From IMG/VR virus record IMGVR_UViG_3300044904_000040, positions 1-55,955 of that record: 55,955 bases of DNA. One strand, written 5' to 3'. The notes beneath the pieces are model-generated. The model searched no databases. It saw only the letters and a list, made by a program, of their open reading frames with translations, and had not been told where the DNA came from. Of the stretch, positions 8,527 to 18,772 are shown piece after piece; the first letter of the stretch is position 1; each line of letters starts with the position of its first letter. The stretch is from a virus. Lineage: Duplodnaviria > Caudoviricetes. The translations under genes were made by a program, and so were the position numbers.

Positions 8527-9747
8527 TCAGTTTGTGAGGCGGACGCCAAGCTCGGGATAGAACGTCGCGGTGCCGTAAAGCAAATCGATACGGCAAGGGA
8601 GGACGTCGTTGTTGATGTCATACTGCCGCACGATGCGCAGCGACATGCCCTTCCACATCTGCCGGGCGGCGAAATCCACGCCCTGCGGAAGTTCCATCGG
8701 CACCATCACCAGACCGAAGCAATCCCGCACAAACGCGATGTTCTGCGCATAGCTGGTGCTGGCGGCGCCGCGGATCGTCAACGCTGCGCCGTTCGCCGGC
8801 GATGCGCTCACGGTCTGATAGGCGCCGGACACGGTGATGGCCGGGCTGATACCGATCGTCGAGTTGCCGCTGCCATCGCTGGATGCGGTGGCAGTCACGG
8901 TGAAGTTCTGCAGCGAGCCGGTGCTGGTCAGGTTCATCGGGTTGACGGCGAACACGCCCTGGATCGTGAACACGTCGCCCACGTTCAAGAGCCCGGCAAT
9001 GCCGGTCGCCCAACCGTTCGTCACCAGCGTCGAGCCGGTCTGGCCGGCGCCGTTGACGGAGCCAACGCCCGTGGTCAGGCCGGTGCCAGCGGTGAACGTG
9101 CCGCCGAACGCGCCTGTGGTCTGGCTCTGGATGTTCTGGTCCAGATAGATTTCGAAGTTGGCGAGGGAGGCGAGATAGCCCTTGAAGGCCGGCTCGGCCA
9201 CGCTCTTGACGTAGACGCCGGACGACAGCGCGTTGGCGATGGACCAGTTGGCGGCCGGGTTGAGGATCAGCACGCGGCCATCCTGGGGCACAGCGCCTTC
9301 ATCCATCCGCTGCCCGACCTGGGCGATGAATGAGAAGGCATTCGGCACCACGCCGGGCGTCCCAACCTGATTGTAGACCTGCTGGAAGTTGGTCAGCACG
9401 TCGAAGTCCACCTGATTGGCCAGCTTGGCGGCGGCCGGCTTCAGGTAGCGATCGGAAAATTCCTCGATTACCAGGGTCAGATCGCTGGTGCTGAACTGGA
9501 AATCGACATGCTTCTGGTTGGAAATGGTGATGGCCGTCGATGGCTCGGTCACATTCTGAATGGACAAGCCCGGGCCGCTGGTGACGGTGAATTTGTTCGG
9601 CTTGCGAACGGTGATCGTGTTGCCGATCTTGTTGAACTGGTTCTCGAACTGGCGGTTGACCTTGCCGGCGGCCACCAAGTTGTTCTCAAGGATCGCCAGG
9701 GTTTCTTTGGCGATGATGCTGGGGGTAAGCAGGCTGTTCGTTGACAT
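8527..9747 (-). CDS. Major capsid protein, P22 coat (gp5) family
   Basis: NSLLTPSIIAKETLAILENNL, KIGNTITVRKP, GDVFTIQGVFAVNP, YDINNDVLPCRIDLLYG motifs. Confidence 0.95.
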   Translation of the reverse strand: MSTNSLLTPSIIAKETLAILENNLVAAGKVNRQFENQFNKIGNTITVRKPNKFTVTSGPGLSIQNVTEPSTAITISNQKHVDFQFSTSDLTLVIEEFSDRYLKPAAAKLANQVDFDVLTNFQQVYNQVGTPGVVPNAFSFIAQVGQRMDEGAVPQDGRVLILNPAANWSIANALSSGVYVKSVAEPAFKGYLASLANFEIYLDQNIQSQTTGAFGGTFTAGTGLTTGVGSVNGAGQTGSTLVTNGWATGIAGLLNVGDVFTIQGVFAVNPMNLTSTGSLQNFTVTATASSDGSGNSTIGISPAITVSGAYQTVSASPANGAALTIRGAASTSYAQNIAFVRDCFGLVMVPMELPQGVDFAARQMWKGMSLRIVRQYDINNDVLPCRIDLLYGTATFYPELGVRLTN

Positions 9748-9896
9748 CGTGCGATCTCCTGCGAGGCAGGACGCACTTCGCGCCGGCCCGCTACGTTGTT
9801 GGGGTCATGATCTTTTCCTGTGGATGCCCAGCATTGGCCTGCTGGTGGGCGGTAGGCACGCACCCGGCTTATCCCCCGGTGGGAGGGTCGCCGGGC

Positions 9897-10958
9897 TTAT
9901 GCCCGGCTTCCCCACATTGGCGCGCGGGCGGCAGACTCTCGCTGCCGAACGCGGATGGCGACTTCCTCCATGCTTTCTTCCCGATTTGCGTCCGTAGCCG
10001 GTTCGCGCGGGCCTTGCAGTGGAGTAATTGGTGCTGGTGCATTTGATACTCTCACCGGCGGTTCACTGGCAAGTTTTGCCGAAATGGCGCCGACTTCGAA
10101 CATTTGCATTGCAGCGGACAGCTTTGATATCCGCGTGGCCTCATCGATATTCTTGCCGAGGAAATACGCGATATCCGGGCCGTTTGGTGCGGCGATCATC
10201 GCCTGCGCGGTGGGGTAGTCGATCGGCAGGCTGTCGGCTTCTGCGACGGCCTCATAATCCGAGTATTTGAGGATCGCGTCCGCCTTCTTCACTTCGTAGC
10301 TGGCCTTCATCTGCTCAAGCTGCGCGGTCTGCGATGCCTCGCGCGCCTCCTGAAGCGCAGCTTCGCGGGCCTCCGTTGCCTTTTGCACTGCCTGGGACTC
10401 GGCCTTGGTGCGCGCAACCTCCACCGCATCCGTCGCCCAAGCATCGAGCGCGGCATCGTAGGCGTCCGGGTCATTGAAGTCCGCACGCTTCGGTCGTGGC
10501 GTTTCGATCGGCTCGGGTGTGGGCTTCGGCGCCAGGGCTTTCAAGGATGCCAGGGCTTCATCCAGCCGGGTCTGCGCCGCGGTCGATGCAGCAATCGCCG
10601 CCTCGCGGGCAGTGTCGGCCTCGCGGCGCTTGTTCCGCTCCTTGGTGATCTCGGCCTTCATCCAAGGCGGGGTCTTGTCGGACTTCAGGATCGCATCGTC
10701 AGCGTTCTCGTCCGCCACCGGCTCAACAGGGGCAGTGGTTGGTTCCGGCGCGTCGGCCGGCTTCGGTGCGTCGATCTGGTCAACGCCGCTGCGAGCCCGC
10801 ACCAGGGCGGCTTGGTCGGCCGCGCTCATCTCGCCAACGCTGCCCGCAGCTTGGTCCTTCGGGTCATTGGAGGCATTGACCGGCGGTGCCGGCGGCATTG
10901 CGCCAAGCGGATCGGATCCGGTGGCGTTCAAGGCTGGTCCAGTGGTTTGCTCAGACAT
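9897..10958 (-). CDS. Scaffolding protein
   Basis: Between portal and coat; acidic, helical; NGPDIAYFLGKN and VSNAPAPITP motifs. Confidence 0.85.
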   Translation of the reverse strand: MSEQTTGPALNATGSDPLGAMPPAPPVNASNDPKDQAAGSVGEMSAADQAALVRARSGVDQIDAPKPADAPEPTTAPVEPVADENADDAILKSDKTPPWMKAEITKERNKRREADTAREAAIAASTAAQTRLDEALASLKALAPKPTPEPIETPRPKRADFNDPDAYDAALDAWATDAVEVARTKAESQAVQKATEAREAALQEAREASQTAQLEQMKASYEVKKADAILKYSDYEAVAEADSLPIDYPTAQAMIAAPNGPDIAYFLGKNIDEATRISKLSAAMQMFEVGAISAKLASEPPVRVSNAPAPITPLQGPREPATDANREESMEEVAIRVRQRESAARAPMWGSRA

Positions 10959-10967
10959 GACTCACTC

Positions 10968-13900
10968 CTATCTCGGCGGCATCGGTGCTTGAGGCGGTGC
11001 TGCCGGCTGCATCCCGGCGGACGGTGCCGGTCCCGTAGGCGTAGGCTGCTGCTGCGTCATCGGCGGGACAATCTGCGCCGACTGGTGTAGGGCGGCCAAG
11101 GCCTGCCCTGCCGCATCTTCGACCTTTCCGCTGGAAAGCTGTTTCACCAGCCCCGTCACGTTCTGGCCAAGCTCTTGGATCTGCGAGCCGACGTGCGCGT
11201 TGAAGGAAGCCTCGGCCTTCTGCACCACGCCAAGCACTTTGGCCTCGAAGTCCAGATGGATCTTTTCCAGATCCACGGCGCGATCGGCGCCCTTGTCCTT
11301 CAGCGCCATCGCCGCGGCCTGCAGCTTCATTGTCAGGTCTTTGATCTGGCCGTCCATCGACTGCAGCAAGGCGGCAACCTGCGGCGTGACATCCTTCATG
11401 TCCGGCGCCAACAGGTGAGGCGGCAGGGTCTTCGCCAAGCGGGCGGCGATCTGCTCGGCTTCCGGCCAATCCTGATTCTTCGCAATCAGGTCGGCAACCA
11501 CGGCCGCGGTCTGCGGCAGGGCGCGGACGAACGCCATCATGCTCTCGGCGGCTTCGATGCGCTTGGTGGCGAAGCTCGGCCCGATTGTGACCGTCACCCC
11601 GTAGCGGCCCATCGTGGGGTTGAAAATCTTCTGCATCTTGCCGGTCTTCGGGTCCGGCTTCTGGTCGAAGGCCTTTGGTGCGTGGGGATCCAGCATCACC
11701 TGTTCCTCGCCGCCGTCTTCGCGGAGGATCGTGATCATCCGGCGCGTGTCGATCACCTTCGGGATCAGGTCGATGAACACGTCGCCCTGGTGCTTCAGCG
11801 TGCGGCACAGGTTGTCCATGTAGTGAAAGCTACCCATGTCGCTGGTCTGGCGAAGCTCACGCAGCGCACGGCCGCTCTCGTCCGTCACGCGCTCCTGCTT
11901 GGTGCTGTCGAAGCGGATGCCCGTGGTGGCCATCATGTCCTGCGCGGCGCTCTGCTTCAGGCTCTCCCATCCGGCGCTCGGCATCGACGGCGGCTGGCGC
12001 TGCGGCGCCGGCAAGGGCTGGCCCGCAAGAGTCCGCGGCTGATATTCGAGATAGGCGTAGGACTTCGTGTTCGCGTTGTTCCACTTGTCCTCGTGGCCTT
12101 CGAACTGGCCCTCGGCGCCGACGAACGGTGCTTTCGGTGCCAGGGCGATCGTCTCCATCTCCATGGTGTTGTGCGTCGGGATCATCGAATACCCGGCGAG
12201 AAACAAGTGGGAGTCATTCCCGACCTTGATGCACTTCACCGGGACTGATGGCACGGCAGTGACAGAGACGATGCCGAATCTCTTGGTGCGCCGCCAGTGG
12301 GTCGGGCCACCGCCGGTCTGGCGTGCCTTCTTTCGAGACAGACCAAACACGCTATCGTCTGGGCCGCATGAGAAGAAGAACCGATCTACTGAAATGCATT
12401 GACATAGATTTCCGCCAGGAAAGGCGGCAAGGCGCGGGGCAATCTTCTGAATTGCGACCTTGATACCAAGCCCCCGCAACAATTCTGAGAACCCTTCGCT
12501 CAATGCAGGGATCGTCGTCGTAAAAGCGCACTGGCGAAATTTCGTCACATTGCCATCGGAATCCATCAGGCCACGCAGAAGGTCGAGCCGTTGCTGCCGT
12601 GATGCACGCTGGTAGATGGCCGGGATGTGCTTGTTTCGGATGAGCCCAAGGCGCGCGAAGTGCTTCCGAATGCCGAACGCCGACAACTTCGAAGCCTTCT
12701 CGCCATACTTCCGCGCCTCGCCAACATGAAGGCCACGGGCGATCAGGATGTCTCGAACTTCCTCAACGTCCATGTCGCCTGGAGTCAACTCGATATCGCG
12801 GCTGGTGCCGTCTCCAAGCCACCAACCGAGGAAGTAAGGATCAATCGGCAGATCGGCATCAGGCATGTCGAGTGGCTTGGGCGAGAGGATGAATTGAATT
12901 TTCGGGTTCAATTCAGCAGTCGGAACAGTCTTGGTTTTCCAATCTCGGCGTCCTTCCTTCATGTTTGTCCGCTCTTCGACCGTCCACAGATGGTCTTTGT
13001 CAGCTACGATGGAACTGCCGTCATCGAACTCCACGCGGAAGCAATCTCGGTGCAGCAGCACCGGACTGGTTCCAACCACGTCCACAACAGCGCCAGTTTC
13101 ATCGAACACCCGATCTCCGGCGGCAATGTCGAGCATAGTTGTCCAACCACTTGGGGTCGGGATTGGCGTGTCGAGCGCGAGCGGGGAGGAATAGTTGTAG
13201 GAACGCTGTGCATCCTTGGCATTGCGGATGATGCCGGACAGCTTCAGTTTGCCCTCGATGTCTATTTCATTGCCGACAACGCGGAATATCGGAATCCATT
13301 TGCCAGCCCACTCGCGGCGCTCAAGGATCTCCACGGCGGTCAGCTTATACCACATGACCGTTGGGACTTCGGCATCGCGCTCCTTCAGCACCTTCAGCTT
13401 GCCGGACTTGATCGCCGCGTCAACTTCATCGGAAAGGTCTTCGCGGAACCCGACATGGCCATTCGAAAGCTGAACAAGTTCTTTGGTCTTGTAAGTAATC
13501 AGGAAGTATTCAGCGACACGGACGTTCTTTTCGTCAATCCAGTTCTTGTATGTGTCGCCGGCCGCGCTCTCCGTCCATGACATTGGATCCGCATCAGGAT
13601 AGGTTTCTTCGAACTCGCCCCGCGGGATCAACTCGGTGATGAAAGCAAACCGCTTGTCGGAAGTGTCGGGCTCCTGGGAGGTCGGGTCCACATAGACGGA
13701 AAAGGTGTTGCGGATCCGCTTGATCACGATGGTCTGGTCCATCGAGTCCGGCGACTCATATTCCGTCACCATCCGCCAATAGCCCCAACCGATCGATGCG
13801 GCGCTGTCGAAGGCCGTGTCATAGGCCACATCGGCGTGGCTCTCGCGTTCGAAATAGCGGATCAGGCCGCGATACATCTTCGCGACTTCGGGATCTGACT

Positions 13901-14318
13901 TGTCGCCAACCGGGGACACATTGATCGCCGGCCGGTTGTTCCGCTGCTCATTCACCACCTGATTGACGAAAGTGGGGATCTTGTTGATCGTCATGCAGGG
14001 GCGGAAGTCGTTGTTCCGCTGTGCTGCGATCGTTGCTGGCCATTGGTCGCCGGCCTTGAACTTTAGGTCTTCCAGCCCGGCGGCGCGGTTCTCGCTCTCA
14101 GCGGACGCCGCGGTTTCGAAGTGCTTGCGGGCTTTTGCCAGGATCTTCTGGTCCTCCTGCTCATCCTTCTCTTGGCCGAGCATGATATCCTTGGCGTCAT
14201 CCTTGCCGCCCTTTCCCCCTTTGTCCTTCACCATGATCGGGACGCGGTTCATGCCCGCTGTCACCTTCGGCAGTTTCAATCTGCCGTTGTCCTTCGGCGC
14301 GCGGGGGTCTTGGACCAT
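10968..14318 (-). CDS. Portal protein (P22-like) containing an intein; ~777 aa after splicing
   Basis: GDQW, RPCMTINK, GWGYWR, KDAQRSYNY...ALAPKAP, GRYGVTVTIGPSFATKR motifs. Confidence 0.95.
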   Translation of the reverse strand: MVQDPRAPKDNGRLKLPKVTAGMNRVPIMVKDKGGKGGKDDAKDIMLGQEKDEQEDQKILAKARKHFETAASAESENRAAGLEDLKFKAGDQWPATIAAQRNNDFRPCMTINKIPTFVNQVVNEQRNNRPAINVSPVGDKSDPEVAKMYRGLIRYFERESHADVAYDTAFDSAASIGWGYWRMVTEYESPDSMDQTIVIKRIRNTFSVYVDPTSQEPDTSDKRFAFITELIPRGEFEETYPDADPMSWTESAAGDTYKNWIDEKNVRVAEYFLITYKTKELVQLSNGHVGFREDLSDEVDAAIKSGKLKVLKERDAEVPTVMWYKLTAVEILERREWAGKWIPIFRVVGNEIDIEGKLKLSGIIRNAKDAQRSYNYSSPLALDTPIPTPSGWTTMLDIAAGDRVFDETGAVVDVVGTSPVLLHRDCFRVEFDDGSSIVADKDHLWTVEERTNMKEGRRDWKTKTVPTAELNPKIQFILSPKPLDMPDADLPIDPYFLGWWLGDGTSRDIELTPGDMDVEEVRDILIARGLHVGEARKYGEKASKLSAFGIRKHFARLGLIRNKHIPAIYQRASRQQRLDLLRGLMDSDGNVTKFRQCAFTTTIPALSEGFSELLRGLGIKVAIQKIAPRLAAFPGGNLCQCISVDRFFFSCGPDDSVFGLSRKKARQTGGGPTHWRRTKRFGIVSVTAVPSVPVKCIKVGNDSHLFLAGYSMIPTHNTMEMETIALAPKAPFVGAEGQFEGHEDKWNNANTKSYAYLEYQPRTLAGQPLPAPQRQPPSMPSAGWESLKQSAAQDMMATTGIRFDSTKQERVTDESGRALRELRQTSDMGSFHYMDNLCRTLKHQGDVFIDLIPKVIDTRRMITILREDGGEEQVMLDPHAPKAFDQKPDPKTGKMQKIFNPTMGRYGVTVTIGPSFATKRIEAAESMMAFVRALPQTAAVVADLIAKNQDWPEAEQIAARLAKTLPPHLLAPDMKDVTPQVAALLQSMDGQIKDLTMKLQAAAMALKDKGADRAVDLEKIHLDFEAKVLGVVQKAEASFNAHVGSQIQELGQNVTGLVKQLSSGKVEDAAGQALAALHQSAQIVPPMTQQQPTPTGPAPSAGMQPAAPPQAPMPPR
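12168..13184 (-). mobile_element. Class 3 intein with LAGLIDADG-type homing endonuclease (339 aa, residues 379-717 of the portal)
   Basis: Starts PLALDTPIPTPSGWTTM; block B DHLW; PYFLGWWLGDG and LLRGLMDSDG; block F VKCI; ends PTHN with Thr at +1. Confidence 0.92.
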
Positions 14319-14338
14319 TGGTCAGGCCTTCCTATGAA

Positions 14339-14623
14339 TCATGACGCCCGCTCAAGCTCGCGGGCGGCCTCGGCAACCATGTTGTCCCACACGTCGGGAT
14401 CAACCTTCACTTCGCCGGGCTCGCCGCCGGCGTCCAGCGCATCCATCAGGCAGTCGATCGCAGCGTTGCGCTTCGCCCGATAGGATCGCCTGGGTCCGTC
14501 GTCAACAACAAGCATGAACAGTTCATGGCCATGCTCGTTGCCGACGGATATCCGAACCACATCGCAGTCATGGAATGGGCTGTAGCTCCGCAGGGCTTGG
14601 TAGCCGCTCAACTCTTTCCCCAC
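14339..14623 (-). CDS. Hypothetical protein
   Basis: ORF in the late operon just upstream of the portal. Confidence 0.6.
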   Translation of the reverse strand: MGKELSGYQALRSYSPFHDCDVVRISVGNEHGHELFMLVVDDGPRRSYRAKRNAAIDCLMDALDAGGEPGEVKVDPDVWDNMVAEAARELERAS

Positions 14624-14817
14624 TGCCCTGGCGCGCGAGTGTTGTTCGTCTCAGGGATCGGCTTGTTGATCCCGTCCGTCGCGCCCGGCTTCATGGTCGG
14701 CCTGCCGCTGGGCGTTGCGGAACTTTTCTCAATCGCAGGGCGCCGGAACACCACCTCGCCGTAGTCCGGCCCCTTGCCATTGTTGGGGTGCGGGTCATTG
14801 CCCTTGGCCATGGTCAC
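14608..14817 (-). CDS. Small hypothetical protein
   Basis: Coupled small ORF in the late operon. Confidence 0.55.
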   Translation of the reverse strand: MTMAKGNDPHPNNGKGPDYGEVVFRRPAIEKSSATPSGRPTMKPGATDGINKPIPETNNTRAPGQWGKS

Positions 14818-14951
14818 TTCCCCTTCTTCGGCTTGTGGACGTGCGGCATGGCTTTCGCCTCCTTGCCAGCCTTCGCGCCGGGCATCCCCTTCATCGGGGG
14901 CATCGGCTTCATGGCGGAAACCGGCTTGCTGTTCTTTGCGGCCATGATCAT
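14814..14951 (-). CDS. Small Lys/Met/Pro-rich protein (45 aa)
   Basis: [33 protein letters not shown]...KKGK, overlapping its neighbours on both sides. Confidence 0.55.
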   Translation of the reverse strand: MIMAAKNSKPVSAMKPMPPMKGMPGAKAGKEAKAMPHVHKPKKGK

Positions 14952-15091
14952 TTTCCTTTGGGCTTGGGGCGGGACTTTCCCGCGGTGTGCAGCGCGATCG
15001 CCACGGCCTGCTTCTGTGGTTTGCCGGCCGCCATTTCCGTCTTCACGTTGGCGGAAATTGTCTTGCTCGATGAACCCTTCTTCAACGGCAT
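14948..15091 (-). CDS. Small basic phage protein (DUF6496-like)
   Basis: [34 protein letters not shown], a widespread phage peptide; GGGAG RBS. Confidence 0.75.
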   Translation of the reverse strand: MPLKKGSSSKTISANVKTEMAAGKPQKQAVAIALHTAGKSRPKPKGK

Positions 15092-15104
15092 GTCAAGAAT
15101 CTCC

Positions 15105-16694
15105 CTATGTTCCCAACCAACCAAGTTGCCCGCCACTCGGGCCGCCGCTGCGGGAATTTTCACGGGGGCGCGGACGTCGCGCACGCACCGGCTCGGCAAA
15201 GGTCAGCGCAACCGCATCCCATTCGTCCGGTGATCGGATCCCGCGCGCAACCATCTTCTCCTTCGGCTCAAGCAAAAGCTGCTGCTTCAGGTCATAGGTG
15301 AACGACGGGCCGCACGCATCCGACTGCAGGCTATCCAGATCGGGAATGTCGGCGCCACCAACCTGTGTCAGCCAGTCCCGCGACCGCGACCACATCTCAG
15401 CCCGCCGGTTCGCCGCGCCCGGCACCTTCGTCCCGTCGTCCAAGATGATCACCGGATCCTGCGGCGAGCCGCCGAAGTTCACGCCAACCACGATCGACTC
15501 ATAGGGCTCGCCCCATGAGTGCAGAATGTCGAACGTGCCAGCACCAACGCCGCCGAGGTCGATGAACACCCGGTCGGGGTTGTCGGCGTCGATCACGCGC
15601 TTGATCCAGTTGGCGCCCTCGATCGTTCCCATCTTCAGGTTGCTCTCAACCTTCTCAACCTTGCGCCCGCGCCGCCATGCCAGGGAGAAGCGATCCTTGC
15701 CCATGCGCGCCGGGTCAGCGCCGATCACCAGCGGGCCGAACGCCTCGCACGTCGCCTTGCGCGCCCAAACCACGCTCTCAGGCGTGATGAAGCTCTCATG
15801 GCCGGAAAACTGGAACATCTCCTGCGCCGTCGCCGGATACTCCTGGCGGAAAAGATTCGGGTCTTTCAACTCGGCAACCTTCGCACGCCGCCAAACCATC
15901 TGTCGCATGGTCAGCCGGTGCATCCCGGCATATTCCAGTTCCTCGGTGTCCAACACGAAATCCAGCGGCACATCCCGCGAATATTCCGGCGTCATGAACC
16001 AGGGAATGAAAATGTTGATGTAATCGCCCTCGCCAGCTTCAGCCTGCATCCACCGCTCATGGAACTCACCGCCAACGCCGGCGCCTGTCGATTCCAAGAT
16101 GATCTCCGTGTCAGGCAGATCAGGAACAGCCTGCACAACGCCGCCAAAGTGCGCCGCCGCGTTCGCCCAGAACGCTACCTCGGAACCATGCAACAACTGG
16201 ATCGTCTTCGAGCGGCCGATTGCCTTCGTGCCAGCCGTTCCGACCGCATACCCGCTGTCGAGCTTGTCGAAGAATAATTCCTTGGCGTTCGCCTTCGCCG
16301 TCGATACCCGCATCGCGTTGTGCTTGTGAAACCGCTCAACCATCCCGAACAGGTTGTCTGTCGCCGGCTGCTCATGGGTCAGGATGAACGTGTTCACCCC
16401 GCGGCGCATCGAAGTCCGATGATAAAATCGGCCGCCGATATAGGTGCTGCCGCCAGACTGCCGGCCCTTGCCCAAAATAGCGCGAACCTTGCCAGTCCGC
16501 GCCTTTTGTTCCTCAAGACGGGTGTGCAAATACACCTGGGCCAAGTTGAAATCGAACGGAACAATCGTTCCCGCTTTAGTCTTGATCTTCAAAAACTGCG
16601 CAGCAAACAACGGGTAGTTATCCAGAAGTCGCTTCATGGCCGCATCATGACGCGCCCTCGTTTCTTCGTCCGCCGTGTAATACGACGCACTCAC
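15105..16694 (-). CDS. terL: Terminase large subunit
   Basis: [12 protein letters not shown] Walker [11 protein letters not shown] Walker [27 protein letters not shown] nuclease motifs. Confidence 0.95.
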   Translation of the reverse strand: MSASYYTADEETRARHDAAMKRLLDNYPLFAAQFLKIKTKAGTIVPFDFNLAQVYLHTRLEEQKARTGKVRAILGKGRQSGGSTYIGGRFYHRTSMRRGVNTFILTHEQPATDNLFGMVERFHKHNAMRVSTAKANAKELFFDKLDSGYAVGTAGTKAIGRSKTIQLLHGSEVAFWANAAAHFGGVVQAVPDLPDTEIILESTGAGVGGEFHERWMQAEAGEGDYINIFIPWFMTPEYSRDVPLDFVLDTEELEYAGMHRLTMRQMVWRRAKVAELKDPNLFRQEYPATAQEMFQFSGHESFITPESVVWARKATCEAFGPLVIGADPARMGKDRFSLAWRRGRKVEKVESNLKMGTIEGANWIKRVIDADNPDRVFIDLGGVGAGTFDILHSWGEPYESIVVGVNFGGSPQDPVIILDDGTKVPGAANRRAEMWSRSRDWLTQVGGADIPDLDSLQSDACGPSFTYDLKQQLLLEPKEKMVARGIRSPDEWDAVALTFAEPVRARRPRPRENSRSGGPSGGQLGWLGT

Positions 16695-17032
16695 TTCGAA
16701 TATCCAAGCTCGGCCATGATATTTTGCTCTGCCGCATCCCCTGTGATTGCGGCCCGCAGATATTCAGCCGCCATCACCGGGAGAAGGCGAACCGGAAGGG
16801 ATGGAGCGTGGCTGTGATAGATGCAGGACCAGACCCATTCGCCATCGACCAATGAGAAAGCAATGGCTGCAACAGCCTGCGGCTGGTTTTCGAAATCATC
16901 AAAACGCCGGATCCACGATTGCAGCGCAGCCACAATTTTAGACGGCGCCTCTGGTGGTGGCAGGATATGCACATCCGCACCGCCGGCCTTCATCTTCACC
17001 CGCCCAATCCGAACCCGGGCGATCCCACTCAC
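16691..17032 (-). CDS. Hypothetical protein between TerS and TerL
   Basis: Translationally coupled on both sides. Confidence 0.6.
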   Translation of the reverse strand: MSGIARVRIGRVKMKAGGADVHILPPPEAPSKIVAALQSWIRRFDDFENQPQAVAAIAFSLVDGEWVWSCIYHSHAPSLPVRLLPVMAAEYLRAAITGDAAEQNIMAELGYSK

Positions 17033-17352
17033 AGCCGCGAAATGCGGTCCAGCATTTCCTCCAAGCCCTCGTCCGCAGAGTGCTCCATCGGCTGCGAAGC
17101 CTTCCCATACGCACGATCCAGCAATTCCTTCAACGCCGTCACCTGCGCGTTCTCGCTCCGCGCCATCTCATACGCCGGCTTCCCGGTCAGCTTCACCCGG
17201 CCACCCTCGCGGTCCAGCAACCCGCTAAGCCGCGCCAGACGCTCAAGCGCATCAGGACCGTAGACACCAGCAAGGGCGCGAACTTCCGCGGATGTCGTCT
17301 TCAGCCCACCAGGGCCACCCGCCTTCGTAACCTTCGTCGCACCCTTGCTCAT
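17029..17352 (-). CDS. Probable terminase small subunit
   Basis: ALERLARL...AQVTALKELLDRAYGKASQPM motif; upstream of terL. Confidence 0.7.
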   Translation of the reverse strand: MSKGATKVTKAGGPGGLKTTSAEVRALAGVYGPDALERLARLSGLLDREGGRVKLTGKPAYEMARSENAQVTALKELLDRAYGKASQPMEHSADEGLEEMLDRISRL

Positions 17353-17393
17353 GTCACCGTCACTCCCTGAAAACCAAACCCATCAAGATCCGC

Positions 17394-17585
17394 TTATTTC
17401 AGCGAACCGCCAGGGTCACGGCCCAACGTCTTCGGATTGACCGGCGCACTCGTCGGCGTCGAAAACTTCGAACCGCCAGGACGCGAACCGCTCCCGATCG
17501 CATAGCCGTTCGGAGAACTCGTCTGCTTCGGAGGCATAACACCACCAACGCTCGCACCAATCACACCACTCGAACCTTTTGCCAT
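17394..17585 (-). CDS. Small Gly/Ser/Pro-rich protein, first gene of the late block
   Basis: Purine-rich RBS (AAGGGGAAG) before ATG 17585. Confidence 0.5.
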   Translation of the reverse strand: MAKGSSGVIGASVGGVMPPKQTSSPNGYAIGSGSRPGGSKFSTPTSAPVNPKTLGRDPGGSLK

Positions 17586-17832
17586 CTCACTTCCCCTTGC
17601 AAAGAAAATACTTGACCAAGCCACAACCCTCTTATCACACCCCACAAACCCTTTCCATCATCCACAAAACAACCTCATAAATCCGGGAAAATAGTGGGGG
17701 AAAAGGTATTTTGGGGGGATATCCTGTGTGGGGGTTTAGAAGCCGCCCCCCCGCCGGGAGCGATCGGGGGTCGATTTGCTGGCGCTGGTCCGGCCGCGGG
17801 AGATCCTGACGCCCTGGCCTAAGCCGCTCGGC

Positions 17833-18096
17833 CTAGTCCACATCACCCTCCTCCGCCCTAGTCTCGCTCGCTCGGTGGCCACGCTGCTGTGCTGCGCGCT
17901 CACTCGCTGCGTCGGCTGCTGCGCTAGCCCTGCGGTCCCTGACGCCGAGGTCAACGCCGAGGCTAGCATGCAGCGCAGCGCGGCATCGCAGCACGCCCTT
18001 GCTCGGCTGACCACGCAGCATCAGCAGGTGCAACAGCATCTCGGCGTCGTCGCGCGACAGCGTGATATCGACCGTTGCGTAGGTTTGTTGTCCCAT
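17833..18096 (-). CDS. Hypothetical protein
   Basis: GGGAG RBS, plausible protein composition. Confidence 0.45.
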   Translation of the reverse strand: MGQQTYATVDITLSRDDAEMLLHLLMLRGQPSKGVLRCRAALHASLGVDLGVRDRRASAAADAASERAAQQRGHRASETRAEEGDVD

Positions 18097-18223
18097 GTGT
18101 TAGCCGCGCTCCCTGACTCGCACCGTTCCGTAATGGCAACTCACGCAATATCAATAACTTATCCAACTAACGAAAGTCGCGTAATGTCAATTATGGAAAG
18201 CCGTGGTGAAACAACCTTTCCAA

Positions 18224-18772
18224 TCAGCGGGTTGCGTTGTTAGCGTCGCGCGCTGCCGTGGTGATGGCATCGTGCAGGGCTCGCATGGCGCGGTGGCATC
18301 GCGGCCCACCATCAGGCAGGGCTGTCAGTGCGTGCAGCAACGCAGCGGCATCGCCAGCTTGCATCGTGGTTGTGACGGTCGGCTCGGGTCGGCGCGTGTG
18401 GCGGGCGTCGATGCGATCCCCAAGCGTAACAGCACGGCGAGGCGGTAGCGGGATCAGGTGGAGCGGCCGGCCTGCCTTCTGATTGCGTGACAGCCGGGCG
18501 GGCCGGTGGAGGATGCCGGCGCGCGTCTCGGCTTCGCGTAGGTCGATGAGGTCGGCAATACGGAACAGCATGGGCAAGCCGAACCACGACGGCTGACCGT
18601 GCTTGCGAGCGCGCACCATCGTTATATCTGTCACGCCAAACAACGCGGCTGCCTGTAGGCCACTCAAACCGCGCGCCACAATCCAGGCGTCGAGGTCGTA
18701 GCCGTCTCTCGGTCGATCGTCCGTCATTCCCACTCCCGTTCGGCGGGCGAGTTCGGCGCGGCTTATGCTCAT
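18224..18772 (-). CDS. Putative helix-turn-helix DNA-binding protein
   Basis: ISRAELARRTGV and LSGLQAAALFGVTDITMVR HTH-like segments; AGGA RBS. Confidence 0.55.
   Translation of the reverse strand: MSISRAELARRTGVGMTDDRPRDGYDLDAWIVARGLSGLQAAALFGVTDITMVRARKHGQPSWFGLPMLFRIADLIDLREAETRAGILHRPARLSRNQKAGRPLHLIPLPPRRAVTLGDRIDARHTRRPEPTVTTTMQAGDAAALLHALTALPDGGPRCHRAMRALHDAITTAARDANNATR

Noticed and set aside
10951-11808. 285 aa alternate-frame ORF inside the portal, and many similar overlapping ORFs in the track
   Set aside because: High-GC off-frame ORFs with no motifs or RBS; only Rz1 has positive evidence as an embedded gene
17696-17770. G-quadruplex at the skew switch
   Set aside because: G-runs are irregular with long loops; cannot be supported beyond noting the runs
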